IMG/VR virus record: IMGVR_UViG_3300034103_001027
Coordinates: 1-64,000 of that record
DNA length: 64,000 nucleotides
Source: a virus
Direction: 5' to 3' (one strand)
Every line of letters begins with the position of its first letter. The first letter of the stretch is position 1. The position numbers and the translations under genes were made by a program. The notes under the pieces are model-generated. The model worked only from the letters and a program-made list of their open reading frames with translations. It searched no databases and had not been told where the DNA came from. Below, piece by piece: positions 27,921 through 36,942 of the stretch.

Positions 27921-28874
27921 TTACGGCGCGAAGTCTTGAGCGATTTGAACCAATCCGACAGTGCTGCTTGTTGCGTATGGCTTGATCTTCATCTTCAGCG
28001 GCACGTAAGTCTTCCCTGGGATGGTCGGCGTGTAGAATACGGTTCGAGACTTTGGGAATGTAAATCTCGTGTGCATGTTCGTCGTGTTAAAGTTAAGTTC
28101 CGTGTCGAGAGCTGTCGTGTTGAGAGTTAGGGATGCTCCCATTGCTTGGCATGTAAATGGCAATTGGAAATCTATTTCAATTGACCGACCCATTGACCTA
28201 ACGCATGTTGGCGTCTGTTTGTTATTGAGCCTGTAGTCGACCATGTTGTTTACGACCATTGTGAATGAGTCGTATTCAATTTCCGCGTTATTTACCTCTA
28301 GTGACGATTCCCAGAATGCATATGGAGCGTATGCGTTAGTTGTTCCAAGTGCCGGTTCTGTGCCTGGCCAATCCCCGGCTGCATCTTCTTCTTGCGTGAT
28401 GGTTTCTGATTTTGCGATTAGTTGCACGATCAGATCGATGAATTCGACGCTCTCTGAAGTTTTTCCTGACTTACCCCTGATTACAGCTTGCGCCACGACA
28501 GCGTCGGTGTACCTGAAGATTCCGTTTTCTCGGTAAACAATGACATCGAATTCTGGTAGTGTGTTTGATACGTAGTCGCTGCCTGTTGCGGCACCGAATA
28601 TCCTTGGTATCCATCTGCTGAATTCAATGGGCGATGCCTGCATGGCGATAGCCCCTTGTGGGATATACGGCTTGTTTCTGACTGAAGTGAATAGCGGCTG
28701 GAGCGTGCCGTTGATGGCATTGCTCTCCTGTAGTCCTCTTTCCGATCCCAGTGTTTCGTATAGGAATTCATGCCGAAACGAACTTGCGTCGAATGTTCTC
28801 GGCGACGTGCCATCTTCAGTGAGGAGTTTACCTAGCGCGCCAATTGCTGCGCAGTTGCATTGTACTGTTGACAT
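27921..28874 (-). CDS. putative tail tube protein
   Basis: 317 aa and beta-rich. It follows a terminator-sized gene and has a pattern (FLYETL, YTDAVV...I.G, F.M.VNN, G R.I...F) resembling phage tail tube proteins. Confidence 0.55.
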   Translation of the reverse strand: MSTVQCNCAAIGALGKLLTEDGTSPRTFDASSFRHEFLYETLGSERGLQESNAINGTLQPLFTSVRNKPYIPQGAIAMQASPIEFSRWIPRIFGAATGSDYVSNTLPEFDVIVYRENGIFRYTDAVVAQAVIRGKSGKTSESVEFIDLIVQLIAKSETITQEEDAAGDWPGTEPALGTTNAYAPYAFWESSLEVNNAEIEYDSFTMVVNNMVDYRLNNKQTPTCVRSMGRSIEIDFQLPFTCQAMGASLTLNTTALDTELNFNTTNMHTRFTFPKSRTVFYTPTIPGKTYVPLKMKIKPYATSSTVGLVQIAQDFAP

Positions 28875-29311
28875 TATGGATTATCCCTTGACTCCCTAAC
28901 TGTCGACATAATTCGCACGACAGTTACGCTATTGTTGTTTCTGGTCCAAGCCTCTGGGATGGCGAATTGGCCTGTTTCCATGCGGTTGTATGTGACGCAT
29001 GTGTTGTCTATATTGATTCGCTTGTGATGAAAAATCCTGCGAAGCTGGTCTCTGAAGTGAGACTTTTGAGAGAGGTCATCGCTGTTCAGTGCGTGTGTTG
29101 ACCTGACTATTGTTGTCACGTACTCAATGTCGTCGCGTTCGTTTGTTCCGGTTAGTTCGGTCTCGCCCGTTGGGGAGATTGTTATCCCCTCACTGAGTGG
29201 CTCGCTGTCGACGTAGTCTCTGACTCGAATCTCGTCATACGGGAATCCGGATAGATTGTCCGTTAGAAGCTCTTCTATCTTGTCAGCGACTTCTCTGTGT
29301 CTGTCTGCCAA
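28874..29311 (-). CDS. putative tail terminator/completion protein
   Basis: 145 aa, acidic, immediately upstream of the tube-like gene. Confidence 0.45.
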   Translation of the reverse strand: MADRHREVADKIEELLTDNLSGFPYDEIRVRDYVDSEPLSEGITISPTGETELTGTNERDDIEYVTTIVRSTHALNSDDLSQKSHFRDQLRRIFHHKRINIDNTCVTYNRMETGQFAIPEAWTRNNNSVTVVRIMSTVRESRDNP

Positions 29312-29628
29312 TTAACCGGCCCCTTCAGGAGAGTTCTGGTCGTTTTATCTTTCAGTGTTGCCGAGAGCCGGTACACGCTTGACTGATTGTCCTCGGCCCA
29401 TTGTCGCTCTTGATCGGACAGTCTTAGGTGTGCTCCTGGAGACAACTCCACGGGCCTGCTAAGTGTCTTATTGCCACTCATAAGAACTAAAGCCAGTGAC
29501 TCGACATCTGAGATGTTGTCAAACTCAATGTTAACAATCAGGTCTTCACTGCTGCTAATGCACCCGCTCACTCTCGAGCCTGTATTTTTAATGGCCCCGG
29601 TTTCTTGAACTAAGCTATCTAGTAGCAC
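29275..29628 (-). CDS. hypothetical protein
   Basis: 117-aa ORF overlapping both neighbours. Confidence 0.55.
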   Translation of the reverse strand: MLLDSLVQETGAIKNTGSRVSGCISSSEDLIVNIEFDNISDVESLALVLMSGNKTLSRPVELSPGAHLRLSDQERQWAEDNQSSVYRLSATLKDKTTRTLLKGPVNWQTDTEKSLTR

Positions 29629-29857
29629 ACTGTATCTCCGTTTGTGACTGAATTGCGCACTTGTCGGAAATTGCCGACATGATCTCTTCTAGTGCCACCT
29701 TGACTCTTGTGTCTTCAATGTGTTCCCGAATCACTCTGTTGGTGTTAGAGGAGATGTAGTTATTGGCCGTTATGGCGCATAGGCAGCAGAAGATCAGCCC
29801 CACCTTGACTGTGGAGACTATCACGAACTCTTTTCGAGTCACTACGTCTTCTTGCAT
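29615..29857 (-). CDS. small membrane protein
   Basis: One hydrophobic segment (FVIVSTVKVGLIFCCLCAITA). Stop/start coupled to the upstream gene. Confidence 0.55.
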   Translation of the reverse strand: MQEDVVTRKEFVIVSTVKVGLIFCCLCAITANNYISSNTNRVIREHIEDTRVKVALEEIMSAISDKCAIQSQTEIQCATR

Positions 29858-30222
29858 TACTTGATTCTTTCCACGACCTTGACGGCGTTCTCAAGTGAAA
29901 CGGCAATTCTCTCGTTGGCAAGTGAAGCCTTCTCTATGGAGGTTGACGTCTGCTCTATCGCGCGCACCATTGTCGTCATGCTCTGCAGTATCTCTCGCTG
30001 GGCCTCTACGACCTTTTCGCTCCTTGCGAAGTCGACAGCCTGCCTCTCGAGTTGCGGCGACACAATCGTGTACCAGATGATTAGCAGGCTAGCCACACCG
30101 AAGGCGTAAGGCCCGTATACGGTTGCTATGAGTTGTATGATGCGATTGTCTGATACATGCATGACAGATTCTTCTCTGTCCTCGTCATGACTAGAGTTTG
30201 GCATGGAAGTCTTCCATCTCAT
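29857..30222 (-). CDS. holin-like membrane protein
   Basis: TM segment YGPYAFGVASLLIIWYTIV followed by a coiled coil. Confidence 0.5.
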   Translation of the reverse strand: MRWKTSMPNSSHDEDREESVMHVSDNRIIQLIATVYGPYAFGVASLLIIWYTIVSPQLERQAVDFARSEKVVEAQREILQSMTTMVRAIEQTSTSIEKASLANERIAVSLENAVKVVERIK

Positions 30223-30270
30223 GGGTAGTGCTCAAGGTGTGGTACGCCCAGGGGATGGCGGGCGTTGGCA

Positions 30271-30618
30271 TTACCGGCACGATCTGATGATTACTCGCAC
30301 TGGAGCAGTAGCGACCTTCGTGGCTGCCTTAGTGACAGTGGCTGTTGCCTTGACCGCTGTCTTAACTGTCGCCTTAGCCGCTACTACTGGTACTTTAGCT
30401 ACGCCGCGCACGCAACTACACGCCACTCGAGCGGTGTTTCGAATCGGCTGTCCACGAACCAGGACGGCACTGTCGCTCCATGGTGATGCGACTGAGAAGA
30501 CCACTAATCCACTTGTTGCACTAGTAGCGTGCGATGCGTTGTCGCTGGCGATTGCATTGGGAGCTACAAAGGCAACGAAAAGGATCAATAGGGTCATGGT
30601 TGATACGATGTTTTTCAT
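30271..30618 (-). CDS. secreted protein with an RGQPIRN motif
   Basis: Signal peptide MKNIVSTMTLLILFVAFVAPNAIA, the motif LVRGQPIRN, and a KAT/VKT-repeat tail. Confidence 0.65.
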   Translation of the reverse strand: MKNIVSTMTLLILFVAFVAPNAIASDNASHATSATSGLVVFSVASPWSDSAVLVRGQPIRNTARVACSCVRGVAKVPVVAAKATVKTAVKATATVTKAATKVATAPVRVIIRSCR

Positions 30619-30640
30619 TTTGACTTTCCGTGATGTGTGT

Positions 30641-31330
30641 TTACAAGCCAGCGACAATTGCCCGGACGGCGTCCAGGTAGTCTGGCATGTTAGTTACTGT
30701 CTTTTCCTTCATGTGAGCATTGTTGCTTCTGCGCCAGGTGTCCCAGCCAGAGAAGCGGTCGCTGCGAACTAGGAGCGCATTGTCAATGGCTTTTGTGACC
30801 TCAGCCTGCGCTTGAGGCAGCCCAGGGCACTTACTAGCCTCGCACTGCTTCTTGATGGCATCTAGTGCCGAGTTAATGCTGATCTTAAGCGCCGCCCTGG
30901 TGGTTGGGTCGTTTACGCGATCAGCGCCTGCGCGACTAATGCCAATCATGTCGGCCCACTTTCCTGGGGCCGGTGGTGGCGGCTCAACGGGTGGTCCAGG
31001 TGTAATTGGCCTTCCGATGCTTACTGAGTGTTTTGCATATGAGATGCCAGCAGACTTGTCGGCAACTATGAGGATGAACTCATACACACCCTCTCTGGTT
31101 GTCGAGAAGAACAGTTGCTGATCCATCATCTCGCATCCAGCCTGGATCGCCGACAGTCCGTCAGGCTTGATCCAGATCAGGTTGTCACCTACTGAGCCGG
31201 TTGATGAAATGGCGGTTAGTTCGCCAGCCGGAACTTGCGTTGGTCCAGTGATTTTTGCCACTGGCTGCGCAATGGCGGTCGACGCCAGGAGCAGTACCGA
31301 TAATATTGAGAGTCGAAACATATTAAGCAC
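30641..31330 (-). CDS. secreted protein: Ig-like N-domain, Pro linker, helical C-domain
   Basis: Signal peptide ending AIA, ITGP...G.YEF.L.V (PKD/Ig-like), PGPPVEPPPPAP linker. Confidence 0.65.
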   Translation of the reverse strand: MLNMFRLSILSVLLLASTAIAQPVAKITGPTQVPAGELTAISSTGSVGDNLIWIKPDGLSAIQAGCEMMDQQLFFSTTREGVYEFILIVADKSAGISYAKHSVSIGRPITPGPPVEPPPPAPGKWADMIGISRAGADRVNDPTTRAALKISINSALDAIKKQCEASKCPGLPQAQAEVTKAIDNALLVRSDRFSGWDTWRRSNNAHMKEKTVTNMPDYLDAVRAIVAGL

Positions 31331-32318
31331 CCATATCCAAGTCTTTTAGGATCGCCTCTGCCAGGAAATTGTCACCAGGAACCCCCCACCCAAACCGAAC
31401 GTCAAACCCTTCAGCGCCAGCGTCCTTAAGGACTTGCTTGAAGTAGTTCCTTAGGTCCTCGGCTGACCTAAAGGCAGGTCGCCCCTGTCGCAGCCATAGC
31501 TCCATTAAGCACGCCAGGAAACCAGCCCCTTGGGGTGTTGCCATGGAGGTTCCGCTGAGGGTTCTCCAGCCACTCCCGCTGTTCGAGAACGAGATGACAT
31601 TCGACCCTGGGCAGGCCCAATCGATCTCTCGCCCGCCAGAGCTGAAGTTAGATATCTTTCCGCCCTCAGCGTAGGAGCCTGTACATAGGCAGTTTTCGTA
31701 CTTAGCTGGCCAGCCAATCGTATTTGAGCCGTTATACCCTGCGTTGCCAGCGGCTGCCGTTACGATACAACCCTTAGACCAGGCGTAGTCAATAGCATCG
31801 TTGGTTGGCTTATACGATCCGCCACCACCAAGTGACATGCTGATGATGTGCGCGCCTTGATCAGCAGCCCACCTGATGCCCGCTGCAATGCCGTCAGAAC
31901 CGCCTGAACCTCCGTTAGACAATACCTTGCCGACGATGAGGTCTGCATCAGGCGCTAAGCCAAGCGAGTTACCTGCAGTATCCCTGCGGCACATGACACT
32001 ACCTATGCAGTGACTACCGTGGCCCGACCGTAGATCCTCAGTTGACTCGCCAGAGATGAACGACTTCTTGGCGATTGGCTCTGGCCCGAAGGCGTGCTTT
32101 GTGTATCCAGTGTCCAGTACGGCTACACGGATATCCTTGCCGGTGGCAACTTGCCATAGCTTCTCCTTGATCCAGTCGAACCGATGCCACGCATCTGGAA
32201 CCGTACTGGCCTCATGGACGAAGAGTGGCCCAATTACATCGTCTGGGGGGAGCGATACAATTGGACCACCGAATTCAGGACCGTCATAAATGTCTTCCAT
32301 GACAGAATGTTCCTTCAC
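31323..32318 (-). CDS. subtilisin-family (S8) serine protease
   Basis: Catalytic triad motifs VAVLDTG, GHGSHC and LSGTSMATP, plus the oxyanion motif AAAGN. Confidence 0.95.
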   Translation of the reverse strand: MKEHSVMEDIYDGPEFGGPIVSLPPDDVIGPLFVHEASTVPDAWHRFDWIKEKLWQVATGKDIRVAVLDTGYTKHAFGPEPIAKKSFISGESTEDLRSGHGSHCIGSVMCRRDTAGNSLGLAPDADLIVGKVLSNGGSGGSDGIAAGIRWAADQGAHIISMSLGGGGSYKPTNDAIDYAWSKGCIVTAAAGNAGYNGSNTIGWPAKYENCLCTGSYAEGGKISNFSSGGREIDWACPGSNVISFSNSGSGWRTLSGTSMATPQGAGFLACLMELWLRQGRPAFRSAEDLRNYFKQVLKDAGAEGFDVRFGWGVPGDNFLAEAILKDLDMGA

Positions 32319-32380
32319 TCGCCATATAAGGCGAGCCTAAATCGAAAAAAACAGCAAAAAAGATAAGAACTAGCGACCTG

Positions 32381-32701
32381 CTAACTCTTTCGGCGACTCA
32401 TGATCCACTGAATGATTGCGATCATGATTGGAATGTATGGAAGTGGGTTGAAGTTCGGGTCCGCAGTGTTGGCCGAGAACTCCAGCGACTCCAACTCCTT
32501 GATGGCGGCATCGATTTCAACTTCTGTGTCACTATCCTCCATAACCGAGAAGATAGGGCCCTTTTCGAGCAGGGCACCGATTTCGCCGACCGCAGCCCCG
32601 GCGAGCTTTAGTAATTGCCCGCGAGGCGGGTCTCCAGCGCGGACCAGGCGGATTGCTGCTAGGACGTGATCAATTGGTAGGCGAGCTTCGAAAGCGTACA
32701 T
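32381..32701 (-). CDS. hypothetical protein with a C-terminal hydrophobic helix
   Basis: 106 aa, AAGGA RBS, ends PYIPIMIAIIQWIMSRRKS. Confidence 0.65.
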   Translation of the reverse strand: MYAFEARLPIDHVLAAIRLVRAGDPPRGQLLKLAGAAVGEIGALLEKGPIFSVMEDSDTEVEIDAAIKELESLEFSANTADPNFNPLPYIPIMIAIIQWIMSRRKS

Positions 32702-32800
32702 AACTGTTCCTTGTGTGGTTTAGGGGACTACTTGAGCGAAGTGCTCTCTATTTATTCTCATTTGAAAAGATTTTTGTTTTGCCACTCCGTGTGAGTGTGG

Positions 32801-32811
32801 TATATGGCAAG
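32801..32811 (-). promoter_or_regulatory. CTTGCCATATA motif
   Basis: Exact intergenic copy, with an inverted TTGCCA 20 bp away. Confidence 0.5.
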
Positions 32812-32814
32812 GTT

Positions 32815-33270
32815 CTAGCGGTCAAAAATGGATCGCTTGAGGATTACGGCATTGATGGCCATTCTGATTGCCGTCTCCCCCCACGGGACGCCCATCTTCA
32901 CAGCGGTCTTGTGGATCTTATGGATGATTTGCTCCTTTTGGTTCTTAACCTGATCTAGGGTCATTGCGTTCATGGCATCTTGTGTACCGGAGCAGCCGCA
33001 TCCTTCCTTCTTCTTGATTAACACTCCAAATATCTTGGATAGATCGTCGCCTATGGAGCTGCCGCCAAGCTCCATAGATTCAATAGCCGCCTCGATCTTA
33101 TCCTCTGGTAGTAGTGAGATATTGTGCTCATTGAGCCTCTTGGGTCTACTGCAGCTTAGGCATGCCTGACATGTATCCTGTTTTGCGTTGATTGCCTGCG
33201 AAGCAATTAACGACAAGATCTCGCAGTTGCCATCGGAGAGGTGCTCGCACTCAATTGGGGCATTGCTCAT
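32815..33270 (-). CDS. Cys-rich hypothetical protein
   Basis: 151 aa. G..L.K+......GC.C......MN segment shared with 36454-36942. Confidence 0.65.
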   Translation of the reverse strand: MSNAPIECEHLSDGNCEILSLIASQAINAKQDTCQACLSCSRPKRLNEHNISLLPEDKIEAAIESMELGGSSIGDDLSKIFGVLIKKKEGCGCSGTQDAMNAMTLDQVKNQKEQIIHKIHKTAVKMGVPWGETAIRMAINAVILKRSIFDR

Positions 33271-34260
33271 TTACTTGCTGGTTCTATAGCCATGGGGGTG
33301 GTCCCTGTGCCATCTCCAGGCCGTTTCGATTGTTTCTTTTATCGATGTGTATCTGGGGTTCCATGCTAATACTCTCCTGGCTAGCGCGCAGTCGGCTACT
33401 AACTGCGGAGGGTCTCCGGGTCTTCTTGGTGCGACTCTTGTTGGGATGTCATTGCCAGTTACGTCCTTGCATGCCGATATCACTTCTAGGACACTGTGCC
33501 CAGTGCCAGTTCCGAGGTTCAACTGAATGTGCTTACTGGGTTCAAGTACATTGATTGCATTTATGTGCGCTTCGGCTAAGTCGCTTACATGTACGTAGTC
33601 TCTAATGCATGTTCCGTCGTGAGTCTCGTAGTCGTCTCCTAGTATGTCTATATGGTCCAGTTGTCCTAGTGCGACTTTTAGTGCCAGTGGGATCAGGTGG
33701 CTTTCCGGCGAGTGGTCTTCTCCGATTCTTCCAGATTCACTTGCTCCAACTGCATTGAAATACCGAAGTGATGCTGCTGCGAATCCGTATGCGAGTGAGT
33801 AATCTGTCAGGGCCTGCTCTATTGCGAGCTTAGTGAATCCGTATGGGCTTTGAGGTGTCTTGCGTGTCGTCTCTGTTATTTTGCTTGAGCCTACTGTTCC
33901 ATATACAGCGGCTGAACTGGATGAGACAATCATGCGGACGCCCGTCTCTCGCATTGCGTCCAGTAGGTTGAGTGTGAATGTGAGGTTGTTTGAGTAGTAC
34001 CTTCCGGGGTCGGCCACTGACTCGCCAACGCTCGTTAAAGCCGCAAAGTGGATCACGGCTTCAATGTGGTTGTTCCTGAGTATCTTAGTGATCCTACCTT
34101 TGTCGCTTAAGCATCCTTTAGCTAAGATTCCTCGTGGTATGCTTTCTTTGTGTCCAGTGCAGAGGCTGTCATACACGGTTGTGTTGTGTCCGCAGTCTAT
34201 TAGTCGCTCCACAGTGTGCGACCCAATGTATCCTGCGCCGCCAGTTACAAGGATGTTCAT
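33271..34260 (-). CDS. galE: UDP-glucose 4-epimerase
   Basis: ILVTGGAGYIGSH, HFAA...VGES, SSSAAVYG, PYG.TK, LRYFN, DGTCIRDYVHV.DLA. Confidence 0.95.
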   Translation of the reverse strand: MNILVTGGAGYIGSHTVERLIDCGHNTTVYDSLCTGHKESIPRGILAKGCLSDKGRITKILRNNHIEAVIHFAALTSVGESVADPGRYYSNNLTFTLNLLDAMRETGVRMIVSSSSAAVYGTVGSSKITETTRKTPQSPYGFTKLAIEQALTDYSLAYGFAAASLRYFNAVGASESGRIGEDHSPESHLIPLALKVALGQLDHIDILGDDYETHDGTCIRDYVHVSDLAEAHINAINVLEPSKHIQLNLGTGTGHSVLEVISACKDVTGNDIPTRVAPRRPGDPPQLVADCALARRVLAWNPRYTSIKETIETAWRWHRDHPHGYRTSK

Positions 34261-34275
34261 ATGTCTGTCGAGAGA

Positions 34276-35439
34276 TTAGAGTTTTGCCATTGCGCAGCAG
34301 TCCTCTAGGATTGCGAGTCTTGCCTTTCCGTGCATGCCGATTATGTGCTGCATCCATGAATCATGGCTGTATGACCCCCAGAATGTTGATGGCGCAATGT
34401 GATGGACATCTTCGAGGAGTATGTTATCGTTCGCTCTTGGTGATAATATCTTTGTCAGCGCCCCTTCTTCGTGAGGATACCGCCGAGCGTACTCTCTGTA
34501 GTTAAGTGATCTATCAATGACTTCTCGCATGTGTGGCTGAGTTCGCACTCCAAACCAGCATGTGTTTAGTAGTCCTTCGTAGAATCCTTGTATTTTGTAT
34601 GCACCGCCGATTAAATCGAATCCATGTAGTGACCATATGTGAAGAGGTATTGGGTTTGTGAATACGATATCAGCATCTATCCACCATATGATTTTTTTTT
34701 CTGGATACATGTCCCATGTTTTTTGTATTGCGGATATTTTAGACCACTGTGGATCAGTGCCTGGTGGTGGGGGGAGCGACATCGCTTCATAAGTGTATCC
34801 AAAGTGTTCGCAATATTTCCTGTGGTTGTCTTTAATGCAGTCTGGCCAGAAGTTTCCATGAAAGTTAGATATCACTACAATCTCGTCTGGTGTATAGTAA
34901 CCTCGTTTTAGTATGTACCAGTCTAGTCCGTCAGATGTCCTAAATAAGGCGAGGTTGTTTTTTTTTGTGAAATCCATTACGGCTTGTGATACTGCGAACC
35001 AAGTGCTCTTATCCTCGCTTAATCCCGTCCGGAAGTCGTCGCCAGCCAGTATCCCTCCGTCTGCCACTTTAGGCCACCATGCGTTCAGTTCTTGAGTGAC
35101 GTGCCGGTAGCCATGGTTTGAGTCTAAGTATACACAGCCAACGCTACCGTCCTGGAATGATGATGATGCCAGTATACTATCATCTCGAATTATTCTGTGC
35201 CTCTCTGAGACCGATGCGAATATTTTATCAAAGTGCGATTGCGATACATTGCTGCCGTCTGGGTACTGGTGATCTGACTGAGATTTGTATGTGTCAATTC
35301 CAATGCACTCGCCTCCCCAGATTGACTTAACGTGATCTATGTGGTGGCCTTCAAATACACCGCACTCTACGTATGGTAGGGTTATATTGAGGTTCTTCAT
35401 CATCCACGGTAGGTGCTCTCTATGTTCGTACCACGACAT
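34276..35439 (-). CDS. class I SAM-dependent methyltransferase fused to a GT34-like glycosyltransferase
   Basis: N-terminal half: VECGVFEG, GIDTY, VYLDSNHGY, GGILAGDDF. C-terminal half: YCEHFGY, WSKI, WWIDADIVFTN, LNT, HEE. Confidence 0.8.
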   Translation of the reverse strand: MSWYEHREHLPWMMKNLNITLPYVECGVFEGHHIDHVKSIWGGECIGIDTYKSQSDHQYPDGSNVSQSHFDKIFASVSERHRIIRDDSILASSSFQDGSVGCVYLDSNHGYRHVTQELNAWWPKVADGGILAGDDFRTGLSEDKSTWFAVSQAVMDFTKKNNLALFRTSDGLDWYILKRGYYTPDEIVVISNFHGNFWPDCIKDNHRKYCEHFGYTYEAMSLPPPPGTDPQWSKISAIQKTWDMYPEKKIIWWIDADIVFTNPIPLHIWSLHGFDLIGGAYKIQGFYEGLLNTCWFGVRTQPHMREVIDRSLNYREYARRYPHEEGALTKILSPRANDNILLEDVHHIAPSTFWGSYSHDSWMQHIIGMHGKARLAILEDCCAMAKL

Positions 35440-35458
35440 GTCTATTTCCTTATTGTTT

Positions 35459-36457
35459 CTATTTTGCCTGTTCTTCTATGTCTTCCACAGATCCTGCACT
35501 GTCAATTGCTATCCACTCTACATCTGGCAAGCATTCCTTAAGCTCATCCAGTGTCACTTCTGGGTGGTACAGTGCCGGTATTCTTCCTGACTCATAAGCT
35601 TCTCTTGAGACAAAGCCCCACCAATAATTAAATGCCCTGGCTGGGTTCTTCATTTGGGCCGCTGCTTCTATTGATATGTCGATACCATTCGCACCAATGT
35701 TGTTTCCGAAGTGTAAGAAGTGTACGCAGTCCTTACGGAATGCAGGGTTAGCCCGATACAGTATGCATTTATTGGGTATCTTTTCGTTTGAGGCATATTT
35801 TTCTGGGTTTGTAAAAAAGGCGACACCTTCTTCTTTACCGGAAATGTCAGACTTAAAGCCGTGCTGGCCTACGTACCACTTGTTAGGGCAGTATACTGCA
35901 TTTCTTGCATCTTCATGGAACCTTCCCAGGTGGTGGTCAATATGGAATGAGTGTTCGAATGGTAGGTGCGAGCAGTGCTGGTAGATAGCAATCATTCCTG
36001 GCCTATTCACAGCAAAGCAGTGGGTTCTGTTTACGTTGTATGGCCTAAGTACGTGTTCGTTTATCCTCTTGGGCCGGTGCGAGTTGACGTGCATCAGTTG
36101 TCCGCCAAGGTACGCCTGCTGCCAGTGGTCTGGTAGGTTGTCGAGGAATATATTGGCTTGATCGAAATCATCATGGAACTGAGCGTCATCCTCGAATACA
36201 ATGTAGGAGGATATTCTGTTGTTGAGGCAGTACTCGAGGATTTGCATGTGCGACCTGTAGCATCCCCACGCCCCGCCACCAGCCTTCCAGTTATCAGGTG
36301 GTGGGCACATCGTTCCGCTGATTGCTGGCCACACTTCAACTTCAGGCAGCCAATCGCATTTTGGCAGGCCATCCAGAAAGCTCTTGAGCCTCAATGGCCT
36401 GTCTTTGAGGCTTATGACGAAAGCTTTTTCGAGTGTCATTTTGTTTGGTGAGTTCAA
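35459..36457 (-). CDS. glycosyltransferase family 25
   Basis: FVISLKDRPLR, GAWGCYRSH, IVFEDDA, YLGG, THCFAVN, HID. Confidence 0.85.
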   Translation of the reverse strand: MNSPNKMTLEKAFVISLKDRPLRLKSFLDGLPKCDWLPEVEVWPAISGTMCPPPDNWKAGGGAWGCYRSHMQILEYCLNNRISSYIVFEDDAQFHDDFDQANIFLDNLPDHWQQAYLGGQLMHVNSHRPKRINEHVLRPYNVNRTHCFAVNRPGMIAIYQHCSHLPFEHSFHIDHHLGRFHEDARNAVYCPNKWYVGQHGFKSDISGKEEGVAFFTNPEKYASNEKIPNKCILYRANPAFRKDCVHFLHFGNNIGANGIDISIEAAAQMKNPARAFNYWWGFVSREAYESGRIPALYHPEVTLDELKECLPDVEWIAIDSAGSVEDIEEQAK

Positions 36458-36942
36458 TTACTCGCTCCGCTATTGCAACTTCCCATTTTTGTTCTAGCCT
36501 TATTAATGGCTCTTTTGACGATTAACTCCGACACGAATCTGGAGAATGGTAGCCCTCTTTGGTGCGATGCCTCCTTTAGTCGATGGCAAATGTAATCCAT
36601 CTGTTTTTCGCACATATCAGGCCCCCACCTATTCATTTTAGCTTCGAGATCTTGGCATGGCTTGCATCCATGTTGGTTTGGGATAGGGAACCATGATATG
36701 ATCTTCTTGAGTTCCGTTCCAACCATGCCAGTTTCGCTGGTTGCCATGCTGCTGGTTGACATGCTATTAATCGGTTCGCTTGGTAGGTCCGGGTACTCAT
36801 TCTTAATGTTGAGGTACTCGTCTGGCTCTATGTAGAAGAACTCGTCGTCAGGTACTGTCGATGACGATTGAAGTCTCTCTATGTATCCACTTGCCTTGCG
36901 GTCCTGTTTTGATGCAGCCAGTGACTTTCGGATCTTCATCAT
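36454..36942 (-). CDS. hypothetical protein with a CxxC motif
   Basis: VGTELKKII...GCKPC......MNRWG, related to 32815-33270. Confidence 0.65.
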   Translation of the reverse strand: MMKIRKSLAASKQDRKASGYIERLQSSSTVPDDEFFYIEPDEYLNIKNEYPDLPSEPINSMSTSSMATSETGMVGTELKKIISWFPIPNQHGCKPCQDLEAKMNRWGPDMCEKQMDYICHRLKEASHQRGLPFSRFVSELIVKRAINKARTKMGSCNSGASN

